In this document: positions 51,455-64,000 of the stretch, in pieces
Layout of the letters: every line of letters starts with the position of its first letter
How positions within the stretch are numbered: the first letter of the stretch is position 1
Assembly: GCF_006345805.1 (NCBI RefSeq)
Contig: NC_043015.1
Coordinates: 31,558,001 to 31,622,000, forward strand
DNA: 64,000 nt
DNA from: Octopus sinensis
Lineage: Eukaryota
Direction: 5' to 3'
Notes under the pieces: model-generated
Seen by the model: only the letters and a program-made list of their open reading frames with translations
Told to the model about the DNA's origin: nothing
Database searches by the model: none
Position numbers and translations under genes: made by a program

Positions 51455-51780
51455 CATATGGCCATACTGTTAGGGTATTTGGCTCATAAGCGTAAGGTCG
51501 TGAGTTCAATTCCTAGTGCTGCACTGTGTCCTTGAGCAAGACACTTTATTTAATGTTGTTCCAATCCACACTACGGGCAAAATTTAATTGTATTTGTAAT
51601 TAAAAATTACCAGCCTTATTACATTGTGCCATGTTGAATCTTCCTGAGAGCAACATTAAGGGTATGCATGTCTGTGGAGTACTCAGCCACTTGCATGTTA
51701 ATTCTTCAAGCATGCTGTTTCATTAGTCAGATCAACTGGAACCCACATTGTCATAACCAACAGAATGCCAGTTCCTGAAT
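51455..51780 (+). mobile_element. SINE family D-related
   Basis: GGCATATGGCCATACTGTTAGG...GAGTTCAATTCC head. Confidence 0.7.
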
Positions 51781-52955
51781 TCTGTGATGTAGATATTTCC
51801 CACCCTTTCGCAGGTCACCAGCCCTTCACAGGATACACTCATTTTTAGCCAACTGAGTGAACTGGAGCAATGTGAAATAAAGTGTTATGCTCAAGGACAA
51901 TATCTTTCCAAGAATGGAAACCACAATCATACGATCATGAATGCATAACCATTGCACCAAATACTTTCTCACTTCCTGGTTTTTAAGAATTTAATGTTTA
52001 CTAATTTGTGTACGTGTAACCTCAATATTTTAGCTAGCCTACTGTAAAAGTTTCACAAATATTTACAAGCTTTAAAGAAGTGATTGAAATTCTAAACTTC
52101 CTTCATTTCTTAGAACAATTTTTAGAAGAAAGATTTAGAACACTTGATATTTTTTCTTGCTAAAGGTGAAGGGAATTAGCTGTGTGCCTTATCAACTTGA
52201 TTGATGATTCAGGAAGTAAGATAATCTACTTTAGGGAGCAAGGAGAAACGAGGTTGTTTTTTTCAGAGGCAAGATATGAAGGAAGTCTGGGGTGGATGTA
52301 TGTATGCCATAGATCTGCCATATGCTCACCAGCTGCTGTAGATATTTTTTAATGGAGCTGATTTTGTTTAGTTTCAGATCAATCCTAATTGAACAAATCT
52401 ATTACTAAAGTCATTCCAGCCATGACCATCCTGTCATTTTGTGCATCTAAGACTAAATTATTCAAGATATCCTTCATTTTCAAGATGTAATTTCAAGGAT
52501 ATAATTGAAGGGAAATTTGGCTGCTAATTCTTGCAGGTTAAGTTATGGCACTCTGTCACTTATGATAATGAGGATTCCAGTTGATCCAGTCAATGGAACA
52601 GCCTGCTGCTCATGAAATTAACATACAAGTGGCTGAGTATTCCATAGACATGCATACCCTTCATGTAGTTCTCAGTGAGGTTCAACATGACTCAGGATAC
52701 AACAAGGCTGGCCCCCAATGAATTACAGGTTCAACTCATTTTTACCAGCTGAGTGGACTGGAGCAATAAAGTGAAATCGAGTACTTTGCTCAAGGATACA
52801 ATATGCACTGCTAGGAATTGAACTCATGATCTTTAGATCATGAGCCAAATATCCAGCATGGCCGCAGTCAAATGACTGAAATATATAAAAGAATATCTGA
52901 AATATTAAATTTCTAAATATCTCATAGAGATATGTACGGTGGTGGGGCGATAGAA

Positions 52956-53153
52956 TGGTTGTATACTGTCAACTTAACGTGACAGTAAGGGAATTGCACC
53001 ACTGCTGTTTAGCCCTAGGAAGCATTGAATGCTTCCTGTCGGCCTTAGGAAATGTGTCAAGGCCGACAGGAAGCGTCGATGCTTCCTAGGGCTAAACAGC
53101 GGTGGTGTAATTCCCTTACAGGACTGTCACATTAAGTTGACAGTATACAACCA
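52956..53153. repeat. Near-perfect 198-bp hairpin
   Basis: TGGTTGTATACTGTCAACTTAA...GTCGGCCTT[12-nt loop]AAGGCCGAC...TTAAGTTGACAGTATACAACCA. Confidence 0.9.
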
Positions 53154-53402
53154 ATAAAAGAATACATATTCATAAATACACACACATGCACATCACACAC
53201 ATATACACACATGCATACATACAGGCAGGCAGGCAGGCAGGCAGACAGACAGACAGACAGATAGACAAACATCTGAGATTCTTATGTGAATAGATGCACA
53301 CACACACGGGTGTATGCATCAGCAGTTCAACCCTCACACCAACTCAAACACTTATTTACAAACACTGGGAACTCTCTTAACTTAAAAAGTCACGTCGCTT
53401 TG

Positions 53403-53439
<37 letters not shown>

Positions 53440-53543
53440 TGCATACATACATACATACATATATACATACATGCATATATAGGAGCAGGTATGGCTGTGT
53501 GGTTAGAAAGTTCAATATATACACACATATATTCTAGCAAAAA

Positions 53544-53581
53544 CTGTCTGATGAACGGCAACGAGAAACTCAGAGTAACAG
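53544..53581 (+). ncRNA. Minimal type I hammerhead ribozyme motif
   Basis: ctgt-CTGATGA-acggcaacga-GAA-ACTC(a)GAGT-A-acag: stem I ctgt/acag, stem III ACTC/GAGT with 1-nt loop, GUA triplet; weak stem II. Confidence 0.55.
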
Positions 53582-54304
53582 ATTTTGTTGAATTTTCTGC
53601 TGCTTAAAATAAAGCATATTACTCTACCACTGGTATTTGAGTACTCTTTTTTCCACCTTGTTTCACATTTATGTGTTTACTCCGGTATATATATATATAT
53701 ATATATATATATCATGACTTATATAAATGTCATTGTTTCTAAAATGCCAAACCTCAATATCTTGGATTTTATCTCCTCCACAAACTCGCCCAACCTTTTT
53801 CGCTTTCTCAAAAATCCTGTTCTTGTATTTTCTAATCTGTCAAGGTTTGGCCTCTTACACATAACTAGTTTATTATTTATCCAGAAGGTTAATAACCATT
53901 ATTAGTTTCTACATCCTTTTCATAGGAACAGGCATTCCAATGTTGTAAAGAACTGCAATTCAAAACAATAAATAGTAAAAGAAGAAGTAACAGTAAACTG
54001 AAACGATGTAGGGAATTACTGGTACTCATATTGCAAAAATGGGAATCAAAGATTACTTTGGTGAGATTTGAGACCAGAATGTAAAGGCAAGTAACTCAAT
54101 CCTGCCGGACATTACATAGTTAGTTCATCATCTGTGCCAAAAATATTATATCAAATCAACAAGGGAGTCTCTACATGGTCACTCAACCTGCTAGAAACAG
54201 CAGCCAAATTTCCCTAAATTCACACTCTACTGTTTTAGAAAAGGATACATTGGGCAATGTAGTCCTTGGTTACCTGCATGTAAAAAAAAACACTGGGTAG
54301 CCAC

Positions 54305-55589
54305 TAGGCCTCAAAACCGGTTTTATAAAACCAGTTTTAACCGGTTTTATATTATGATCAGTAAAACCGAAACCGATTTTAAGGCTTGCTCTTTCGGATC
54401 TTTTCAATAAAAGATGTTTTATGTAACACATTCTACCAGAATACGAAGTTTAAAAGTGTTTAGTTACAAATAACTATTTTTAAATGTGCCGGTCAAAGTG
54501 AAAAGATCCTTTTGGATCTTTTCCTTTTGAACGGCACATGTCAACACAATTTCTAGTTAACTAAACACTTTAAAACTTCGTATACTGGTAGAATGTGTCA
54601 AAATAAAATATTTCTTTCTCTTGGCTTTCTTGAGAAAATTGTAATTTGTTTGTTTAACGTAGTTTAATTTTTCGAATTTTAACCAATGAATCGCCTCTAG
54701 TGAGCTAAAATCATTTGCTGTGTCTAAAACTGAGACAACATCCTGTCACTAACCCGAACCCTAACCCTAAATTTTAGCCTTTCGTTTTTTTTTTTCTTAA
54801 TTGTTAAATTAATTTAATTGTTACACGTGTGTCTAAAATTATTCGTTTTGTTTTTGTTTTGAGTTTGAAAAAAAAACCGAAAGGCTAAAATTTAGGGTTA
54901 GGGTTAGGGTTGGGGTTAGTGACAGGATCTTGTCTCAGTTTTAGACGCAGCAAATGATTTTAGCTCAATTAGAGGCAATTGATTGGTTAAAATTCGAAAA
55001 ATTAAATTACGTTAAACAAACGAATTACAATTTTCTCAAGAAAGCTTTCTTGAGAAAATTGTAATTTGTAAGTTTAACGTAGTTTAATTTTTCGAATTTT
55101 AACCAATCCTATGCCCTCTTTTGAGCTAAAATCATTTGCTGCGTCTAAAACTGAGACAACATCCTGTCACTAACTCTAACCTTAACCCTAAATTTTAGCC
55201 TTTCGTTTTTTTCTTCTTAATTGTGAAATTAATTTGTTACACGTGTTTCTAAAATTATTCGTTTTGTTTTTGTTTTGAGTTTTTGCTTTCGTTTTAGCCT
55301 TTCGTTTTTTTTTTCTTAATTGTTATCCTTAAATTAATTTACGTTACAATTTTCTCAAGAAAGCCAAGAGAAAAAAATGTTTTATTTTGACACATTCTAC
55401 CAGTGTACGAAGTTTTAAAGTGTTTAGTTAACTAGAAATTGCATTGAAAACTGCCATTCAAAAGGAAAAGATCCCGCACCGGGACCACTCTTCTTAAGTA
55501 GTACCCGCGAAAACTGGTTTTTAACCTGTTTTGAGAATTACTTATACTTGAACTCGGTTTTGGGAATTATCGGTTTTTTGCGGGCCCTA
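54305..55589. mobile_element. Non-autonomous hAT, copy 2, filled with foldback MITE sequence
   Basis: TAGGCC...GCCCTA termini; exact 8-bp TSD GTAGCCAC at 54297-54304 and 55590-55597. Confidence 0.92.
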
Positions 55590-55629
55590 GTAGCCACAGA
55601 TAGAATGCCTTGATCATATGTCTGCTTGA

Positions 55630-55853
55630 TTAATCCTTTGGCATTTAAACTGGCCATATCTGGCACAAATATTCTTCCTGTTTTGAGTTCAAGCTGTCAA
55701 GATCTGGCCTCTTACACATACCCTACTATGTCATTCTAAAAATATACAGTCACATCATAGAAATCTGAAAGCTATGAAATAATGTATAATTAAGTTAGAA
55801 AAACGTGAATAAATATTAAATTTGACAGAGTGATCTGAATGGTAAATGGTTAA
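55630..55853. mobile_element. piggyBac-type MITE
   Basis: TTAA-TCCTTTGGCATT ... AATGG-TTAA; body as 20284-20511. Confidence 0.75.
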
Positions 55854-56229
55854 GGCTGACAAGGGACTAGACTACAGCTTTACTATTCTAATAGTTTTAA
55901 AAAATAGATACAAGGCTTTAAATTTGGAAGCAGGTGGATAGTACAGGTGAGTTATATCACCATTTACTCATGAGTACTTGTAAAGTGGGACTTCATTTTA
56001 TCATCACCACCCTGAAGAATAAATGGCAAAACTGATATTAGTAGGATTTGAACTCAGAACAGAAAGGATGCAATTGGATTCGTCAAGGCAGTCCATCCTA
56101 ATCTCTATCAATTCTAGGAATTCATTTGCCTGTCCCTAATTATTGAATTAATATTGATTACTTCTGGCTGAACACAAGTTTGTAGGACAGGAGTGGTGAA
56201 GATATGTCATTGACCACGTGTATTCATCA

Positions 56230-56900
56230 TACTGGTTTCAGATTTTGGCACAAGGCCAGCAATTTTAGGGGAGTGAGTAAGTCAGTTATATTGACCCCAG
56301 TGTTCAACTGGCACTTATTTATTGACCCCGAAAGGATGAAAGGCAAAGTTGACCCTGGTGACATCTGAACTCAGAACATTAAGTCAGAAAAAATGCCATT
56401 AAGTATTTTGCCTGGTGTGCTAACAATTCTGTTAGTTCTGCCTTAAGCATGTATTTATTATATTGGGACTTTAGAGAGAAGTGGAGGATAAAAACCAACC
56501 CTAGTATTCTTTTGTTCTTTTATTCTTTTACTTGTTTCAGTCATTTGACTGCAGCCATGCTGGAGCACTGCCTGAGAGGGGTTTTAGTCAAACAAATCAA
56601 CCGCAGGATTTATTTTTTTTAAAGCTTAGCACTTATTCTATCAGTCTCTTTTGCCAAACAATTAAGTTACAGGGATATAAACACACCAACACCAGTTGTC
56701 AAGCAGTGATGGGGGACAAACACAGACATACATAGATACACCCGCACACACACACACACACACATATACGACAGGCTTCTTTCAGTTTCTCTCTACCAAA
56801 TCCATTCACAAAGCTTTGATTAGCCCAAGATGCCATGCAGTAGGACTGAACCCAGAACCCTGTGGCTGGGAAGCAAGCTTCTTACCACACAGCCACAAAT
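56230..56900 (-). mobile_element. SINE B-related copy followed by SINE A copy
   Basis: 56230-56445 and 56525-56900. Confidence 0.75.
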
Positions 56901-57139
56901 TTAGGATAATGAAACTAAAAGCAATAAAGTATTCATTTCTCCACACTCTTATTTCTACCGACTCACCACACATTACACCTCTCTCTTTTAACATTGGTTG
57001 CTTTGCAATGAGGCACTAAGTTCCTCAATCTCAGAAGAAAGAACCCCAACAGATCTTATCAATGTTCTATCAATGTTATCCATGTTCTACCATTGTCTAA
57101 CCAATGGTTATACAATGGTAGAACATGTCTAACCATTTA

Positions 57140-57385
57140 TTAGAACGGTGATGGCAGTGGTAGTGGTGGCAGTGGAAGTAGTGATGGTGGTAGTGACGAT
57201 GATGATGAGGGTGGTCGTGAGGATGATGATGGTGATGATGATAAGGATGACAACACTGGTGGTGGTGGTGGCAGTGGTAGTGGTGATGGTGGTGATGGTA
57301 GTGGTGGTGGTGGTGGTGGTGGTGGCAGTGGTAGTGGTGGTGGTGGTGATGGTAGTGGTGTTGGTGGTGGTGGTGATGAGGATGT
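57140..57385. repeat. Degenerate (GGT)n tract
   Basis: Directly visible. Confidence 0.9.
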
Positions 57386-58637
57386 TGACAACTTATTACC
57401 TCAACATTTAGAGTTGTCATTTAAACGTATTATATTTAATCCATTACAATAACCAGGAAGAAGAATTCTGACACTGCTATCAAGTAAACATTTTCTAAAC
57501 CACTGAACTTAGCAATTTGTCGGTGGCGGGGGTGACAAACTAAGAGTGTACAAGGAATGGAAACTGTTAAATACACACGTGTGTGTATGTGCATGTGTAA
57601 GTATATACATATGTGTATATAGATGTATATATGTAACTTGTACATACACATGTACACATAGGTACACTGTGGGTGTGTATGTATGTGTTGCAAATTAAAT
57701 GTGTTTCACCAAGCTGTTGTCAGGAAACCTTGTCACCTATTAACTTTGGTAATTCCTCAGTTTTATGGTTTGTGCCTCTGTCAATAACATTAAGGTAGTT
57801 GAATGGCTTTCTTTGCCTATGAGGGTGCAGAAGTTCCCAGAACCTAACATCTGATTGGTCTGTTGCTTAGCATGATGGCAGTGGCTGGCAAAGCCTTCCC
57901 TGCAGTAAAAACAATTGCAAAGATGGGTGGAACATGTCTATAAATCTTCTCTTTGGCCCTGTGTTCACATCAAATGATATTTTGAGCCCCTGTGAGATGC
58001 CTAGCATATGTACCATCAAGCTCCATTTTCATAGGTTGCTTTGCAATGACGCACTAAGTTCCTCTAGCTCAGAAGGAAGAACCCTAACAGATCTTATCAT
58101 TGTTTTAACTCCTTAGAGAAGAATGGTCTCAACACATTCCCAGAAGAAGGCAAACCATGTGACTTTGAAATACTTGATGTTTTGAAGCCTGTTACAAACA
58201 CTCAAGGTTGGTTTCTTGCATGTAAAGAAGTTTTTCTTACTGTCTGCAACATCAGACCCAACATCAGACTTACTTGAGTTTCATATTAATTTGGAACAAA
58301 CTGGCAGGTGGCTTTCCTTTTCATTGATGGTCATGCATTCAATAAACCGTTGAGAGATTGACCACTCTGGGCTACAACATTTCAAAAGATGTTAAGAGGT
58401 CTTGTGCATCACACAGTCGATGAGCTCTGAGGACAAGACCATTGACATCATTAAGGTTAGCAAGAGACATGCTCTGCTGGTGTTCTGCTTGATGATGAAG
58501 CTCTTGTCTTGGATGGAATCAACACTTTACCAAAGAATGTAATCTACTATAATTGCAAAGAGGTAAGAAGTTGGAATATTGCTTTGAAGGTTTCCCAGTG
58601 TTGTTGGAAATTCTTCAGTTAGGCCATATGTGCTTTG

Positions 58638-58940
58638 TACAAGATGGTATCAAAAAGTTCCTGGACTAGTTCTCTAGCATGCCAACAGATGGCAGCACAC
58701 AGTTGCATGAGCAGTGATCTTCATGAGGCTGTGGTGCTTAGTGACATCACTGTGTTTTCTTCCCAAGTTGTGAAATTTGTGTTTTTAGGATCACATGTAT
58801 ACAGTCATTTGCAATTTTTGTCATGGACAGGAAGTTGGAAGAAAGAGCCAATGTGGAATTTTGCATTAAACTTGGAAAGTCTACTACAGTGACATTGAGC
58901 ATGCTTTGGCAAGTTTATGGTGATGAAGTACAGGCACTTC
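58638..58940 (+). mobile_element. mariner 5' end with transposase N-terminus
   Basis: TACAAGATGGTATCAAAAAGTTCC TIR-like start; ATG at 58823 gives MDRKLEERANVEFCIKLGKSTTVTLSMLWQVYGDE. Confidence 0.75.
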
Positions 58941-59898
58941 AAAAGGAATGACAGAGCTGTGTGTGTATACATATATATGTATATATATATATGTATATAC
59001 ATACACACATACATATATCAGAGGTGATTCCCGATTGTCAGTGTTACTTGGGCTCATCACAGATTTTACATAAGACATTCAAAGAATTTCATATTTTTCT
59101 GCTTTATTTCTAGTCCCAAATGGCTTATTCTTTATATCTAGCACTATGTCATTCTCCATTTCTAAGTTAAGGGTAAAAATAAAGCAACCCTACAAAACAC
59201 AACTGGTCTTTACACACAGGCGCACAAAATAACAGTGGAGTGCACAACCAACATCAGCGATCTAACTGTTGCCTGTACTCTTGACAAGTGATGCCAGTTA
59301 GTCTTTTACACCTGCCAGGCTCATTCGTGTTAGCCTGAGTTGCTGGATAATTTTCCATTCCTTTAAGAATATTGTAGGAGCCTAAGTTATTGGCTGCAAT
59401 TACAAACTTAATGTCAGTGTTGGCAGGAATTAAATCAGTTTGAAAATAAATATTAACTTTACTAAATTTATACTCAGGCTAATTCTGAACATCCCAAGTG
59501 CTGGAGTCGCCACTGATATATATATACACACAGACACATACACACACGCACACACACACACACACACACACAAAAATATGTATATGTATATACACACATA
59601 CACACACACACAAAATTCAACGTGAAGTGCTTGTGAGTACACTGATGCCTTCCAAAATAAACATAAATCTGATATTAAAACACTAAAAAAAAATCTAAAA
59701 AGCAACATTGATATTCCCTGATAAAAAGAAAAACATTTGCATAATGGGAGATGTACCCATAATCAACAGATAAATAATTACATAATCCAAAGTATATGAA
59801 AACTGGTGCACATGTCTACAATAACAGTAATAGTGGGGCAACAACTTATAACTCCTAAACTAAAATTAGATATTAGATTAGAATGTCTGGCAAAGCAT

Positions 59899-59961
59899 CA
59901 TATATATATATATAATACATATACAGATATATATATATATGTATGTATATAATTTTGTGTG

Positions 59962-59999
<38 letters not shown>

Positions 60000-60043
60000 G
60001 ATATATATATATATGATATATATATATATATATATATATGATA

Positions 60044-60074
<31 letters not shown>

Positions 60075-60078
60075 GATA

Positions 60079-60109
<31 letters not shown>

Positions 60110-60307
60110 GATATATATGTATATATATATATGCTATATATATATATATATACATGCATATACACACACATATACATGGTCTCATACAGAAAGAAAAAGA
60201 ATTTGGGGTTATGCATGCACACACAAATTCATGCACATGTATATATCTATGCACACACATATATGCATTTACAGACCAGCTCACACACACACACTCACAC
60301 ACATATG

Positions 60308-60362
<55 letters not shown>
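59899..60362. repeat. (TA)n/(CA)n/(GT)n compound microsatellite
   Basis: Directly visible. Confidence 0.95.
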
Positions 60363-60551
60363 ATATGTAGGTGGTTTGCATGTGGTTATGTAAGCGAAAG
60401 TAGGGAAGAGAGGCTGGTTGGATGAAATGCTGCTTGATTTAATTTATTTTGCCTTTTTACATAATTGTTCAACTAAATTGTCAAATTGTTAACATTTAGT
60501 GGAAATTTACTGGCTGGTTGTGGCGGTGGTGGTAGGAGTGGCAGTATTGTG

Positions 60552-61390
60552 GTGGTGGTGGTGGTAGTGGTGGTGGTCATTGCGTTCATGGTGGTTGCGG
60601 TTGTAATGGAGGTGATGGTTTTGGTGGGCCCAGTTGAATTTTGTGTTTGTTTTTGATGCTGCTGGTTGTGTGGGTTGTATTGGAGGTGGTGTTGGTGGTG
60701 GTGGTGGTGGTGGTGGTGGTAGTGATGGTTGTGGCTTAGGTGGAGGTAGTCGTGGTGATTTTTTGTTGTTGTTGTTGTAGTAGTAGTAGTAGTGGTGGTG
60801 GTGGTGGTGGTGGTGGTGGTAGTGGCAAAGGTGGTTAAATGTAGTTGTGGTTAATGTGGTTGGCAGTGGTTGTGAGGAGGATGCTGTGTGAGTAGGTGTT
60901 AGATGGTAGATGGTTGAAGTGTAATGTGTTTAGTGCAGGTGGTGGTGGTGGTGTGGTGGTGGTGGTGGTAGTGGTGGTGGTGGTGGTGGTGGTGGTGGTA
61001 GTGGTGGTGGTCATTGCGTTCATGGTGGTTGCGGTTGTAATGGAGGTGATGGTTTTGGTGGGCCCAGTTGAATTTTGTGTTTGTTTTTGATGCTGCTGGT
61101 TGTGTGGGTTGTATTGGAGGTGGTGTTGGTGGTGGTGGTGGTGGTGGTGGTGGTAGTGATGGTTGTGGCTTAGGTGGAGGTAGTCGTGGTGATTTTTTGT
61201 TGTTGTTGTAGTAGTAGTAGTAGTGGTGGTGGTGGTGGTGGTAGTGGCAAAGGTGGTTAAATGTAGTTGTGGTTAATGTGGTTGGCAGTGGTTGTGAGGA
61301 GGATGCTGTGTGAGTAGGTGTTAGATGGTAGATGGTTGAAGTGTAATGTGTTTAGTGCAGGTGGTGGTGGTGGTGGTGGTGGTGGTGGTG
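60552..61390. repeat. Tandem duplication, period about 434 bp, of GTG-rich sequence
   Basis: TCATTGCGTTCATGGTGG at 60577 and 61011; colinear unique spacers. Confidence 0.9.
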
Positions 61391-62071
61391 GCAGAAGTGG
61401 TTGTGGTGTTAGGGTCTGGGTGTGCAGCGGTGGTGGTTATAGATGGTGATGATGGTAATAATGCTGGTGGTAGTGGTGGTAGTGGTGTTGGTCTGGTAGT
61501 GGTTGTGGTGAAGGTAGTAGTGTCAGCGATGATGTTGTTGTTGTTGGTGGTGGTGGTGGTGGTGGTGTTGGTAATGGTGCTGCTGTTGGTGATGGTGGTG
61601 GCAGTGTTAGTTGTTGATGTTGGTGGTAGTGGTAGTGGTGGTATTGATGCTTGTGGTGTTGATGGTTATAGTGGTAGTGGTAGTGGCAATTGATGGTAAA
61701 AGTGGTAATAAAGATGGTGCTGGTGGTAATGGCACTGGTGGTGGTGGCGGGGAAACCACTGTGCTGAAAATATTTAGAGTAAATTCAGGGTTTATATTTT
61801 CATCATCATCATCAGCAGCAGCAGCAGTATCAGCAACAGCAGCAGCAGTAGTAGTAGTATAGTAGTAGTATAGTAGTAGTAGTAGTAGTAGTAGTTATTT
61901 ACACAGGAAAAGAAATAATTTTTTTGCCGTTTCAGTTTTTTTTTTAATAGACCAAACTTAGTTTGTGACACACAAGTCTCATTACAAAGGAATGTCTCTC
62001 ATCACATAATGCATAGACACACACACATGACATGCACACATACACATGCATACACTCACACACATGCATTC

Positions 62072-62114
<43 letters not shown>

Positions 62115-62859
62115 CACATACACACATACACACACATGTGTATATATATATATATGTATTTATATGTATAGGCTTATGCATGCATATATCTACATGTAAA
62201 TAAATGCATGCATACATACATATGCAAGCATGCGTTTCCATCATACAGACACAGAGGCAAACATATGTATACGCATACATCCACATATATACATAGCATG
62301 CATATGCTTGCATACACACAATCTTAGCTGTTCTCCATTTCAACCCCACCTCTCTCTCTCTCTCTCTCTCTTTCTTCTGCCTGTCTCTCTCTCTTTCAGC
62401 CATTACTAACCCCTAAAGTGGTACAGATTTTTGGTTTTAATTTTTGCTTCTGAAGTTTAAGGAGGGCAAAATAGTACCAACAGACATTTTCAAAGGTTCT
62501 TCACCCCCAACCTTACCCCAGTTTCTAGTGAATGAGAATTTGGGTGTGATTACAATGTGCATACGCTTACACACAGACACATACACATACATACACATAT
62601 ACACACATATGTTTATATGTGAATGTGCATGTATGTTGCATATATGTGTATGTGTGCATGTGTTTATAATTGTATCTAGGTTTGTGCTACATTCATGAAT
62701 ATTTATGCATGCATATATGCATGTGTATGAGTACATACATGCATACATACATATATTGTGGTTGTCTACTCCCTATGCAGAGTTTGACCACCTCCTGTCC
62801 CTATACCTTAGAACAATCTGATGTAGCTTTTTAAACCAGACAATGTTTTAAAAAGACAC

Positions 62860-63625
62860 CCACATAGATAGCGTATCCAATTTGACGACCAAGAGCTGCA
62901 GATAAGTTCTGATCTTTGTGGATCTTAAAATGTCTTTTGAGGCCTCCGTTAGATTTGCAAACCTTCAGGCATACATTGCATTGAAAGATGTGCTCAGACA
63001 TATAGGCAGAATAGATGGTAGAGGTTCGTTTTCCATGGGTTTGCAAATCAGATTTGATCCCAGCAAAAGAAAGGCACATAAGGCCTCCACACTCATTTTC
63101 CATTTATCCCACTGTTTTGCAAGTTTTCTTGTCGCATTCCACGACGACCATCCAGCTTGATTCCTTTCTTTTTCATTTTCCTTCTCCATGTGGCTTTTGG
63201 TCTACCAACTTTTCTCTTCCCCTCAAATTGCCAAGTCAAGGCAATCATGCAACGATGACTGGGCTCCTTTCATAATTACAGGTCCAATTTAATTCTATCT
63301 TTTTCTTTTTACTTCTTGGCTTATCCTGGGGACTTGGGTTATTTAGTTGAGTTCATCCATTGATATGATGTTTGGCCAACCTATCTGCATTATTTTCTTC
63401 AGGCCTTTGTACTGAAAAGAATCTAGTTTTCTCTCATCACTATTGTTCATTTTCCAAGTTTCACAGCCATAAAGAAGTACACGTCTTACCAGCATTTTGT
63501 AAAGTTTGATTTTTGTATCCCTTCCAAACTGTTTTCATTGCCATACTTTGTCCAATTTAATAAAAGCACTTATGGCTCTATTGATTCTGCTTATCATATC
63601 TTTCTCTCCACCTTAGAATTTCAAA
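62860..63625 (-). mobile_element. RTE-type LINE 3' fragment plus adjacent C2H2 zinc-finger-like segment
   Basis: Minus-strand TKIKLYKMLVRRVLLYGCETW, WNATRKLAKQWDKWKMSVEALCA, and CNVCLKVCKSNGGLKRHFKIH. Confidence 0.65.
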
Positions 63626-63639
63626 CAAATTTATTTTAA

Positions 63640-64000
63640 TATGGGGTAGGACTGCCTTTGGCAGTAATTACAGCTTGAATTCTGCAAGGTATGGACTCAT
63701 ACAAAGTTTGAATTGTTTCCAAAGGAATTTTTGTCTATTCTTCAGTTTAAAAAGTTTCCAGTTCTTGTAGTGATGATGGTGGAGGATATCAATACCATAC
63801 TTGTTTTTCTAAAATGCACCATAAATGTTCAATAATATTGAGATCTGGGGACAGTGGTGGCCAGATAAGATGTTCCACTTCACTAGAATGTTCCTTGTGC
63901 CATTCAGTAACAACTTTAGCTGATTGACTTGGTGCATTATCATCCTGAAAGATTGTGCTTCCCTCCAGAAACAGTTCTGCAACCATAGGATGAATTTGAT
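63640..64000 (-). pseudogene. Tc1-like transposase fragment (36 residues between second D and E), truncated by the window edge
   Basis: FQDDNAP...WPPLSPDLNIIEHLW. Confidence 0.85.

Noticed and set aside
32991-64000. A downstream MSL2 CXC exon
   Set aside because: No CRCG-type Cys cluster in a plausible exon was found by eye; the C2H2 near 62900-62980 is antisense and LINE-associated

Overview
AT-rich, microsatellite- and transposon-saturated animal genomic DNA; the repeat families look like octopus/coleoid cephalopod (inference from recognition, not a search). Only one host protein-coding region is supportable: a single-exon 353-aa ORF at 31929-32990 (+) encoding an MSL2-type RING E3 ligase with no CXC DNA-binding domain, preceded by a CpG-rich promoter-like region and a probable 5'UTR intron. 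Everything else is mobile DNA or simple repeats: several tRNA-headed SINE families on both strands; decayed LINE fragments (R4/NeSL-type, RTE, CR1, CRE-type, Penelope); Tc1/mariner elements (DD34E, DD34D, DD37D, DD36E); hAT elements; piggyBac-type and Mutator-type MITEs; a Helitron-like element; and several long hairpins. The most notable unannotated signals are four sequence-unrelated type I hammerhead ribozyme motifs (6993, 23099, 44337, 53544) in short elements beside microsatellites, and two copies of a hAT family carrying nested, telomere-repeat-containing foldback elements. Most ORFs in the supplied track are microsatellite or antisense artefacts. All structures and family assignments were read by eye; repeat boundaries without TSD/TIR support are approximate.
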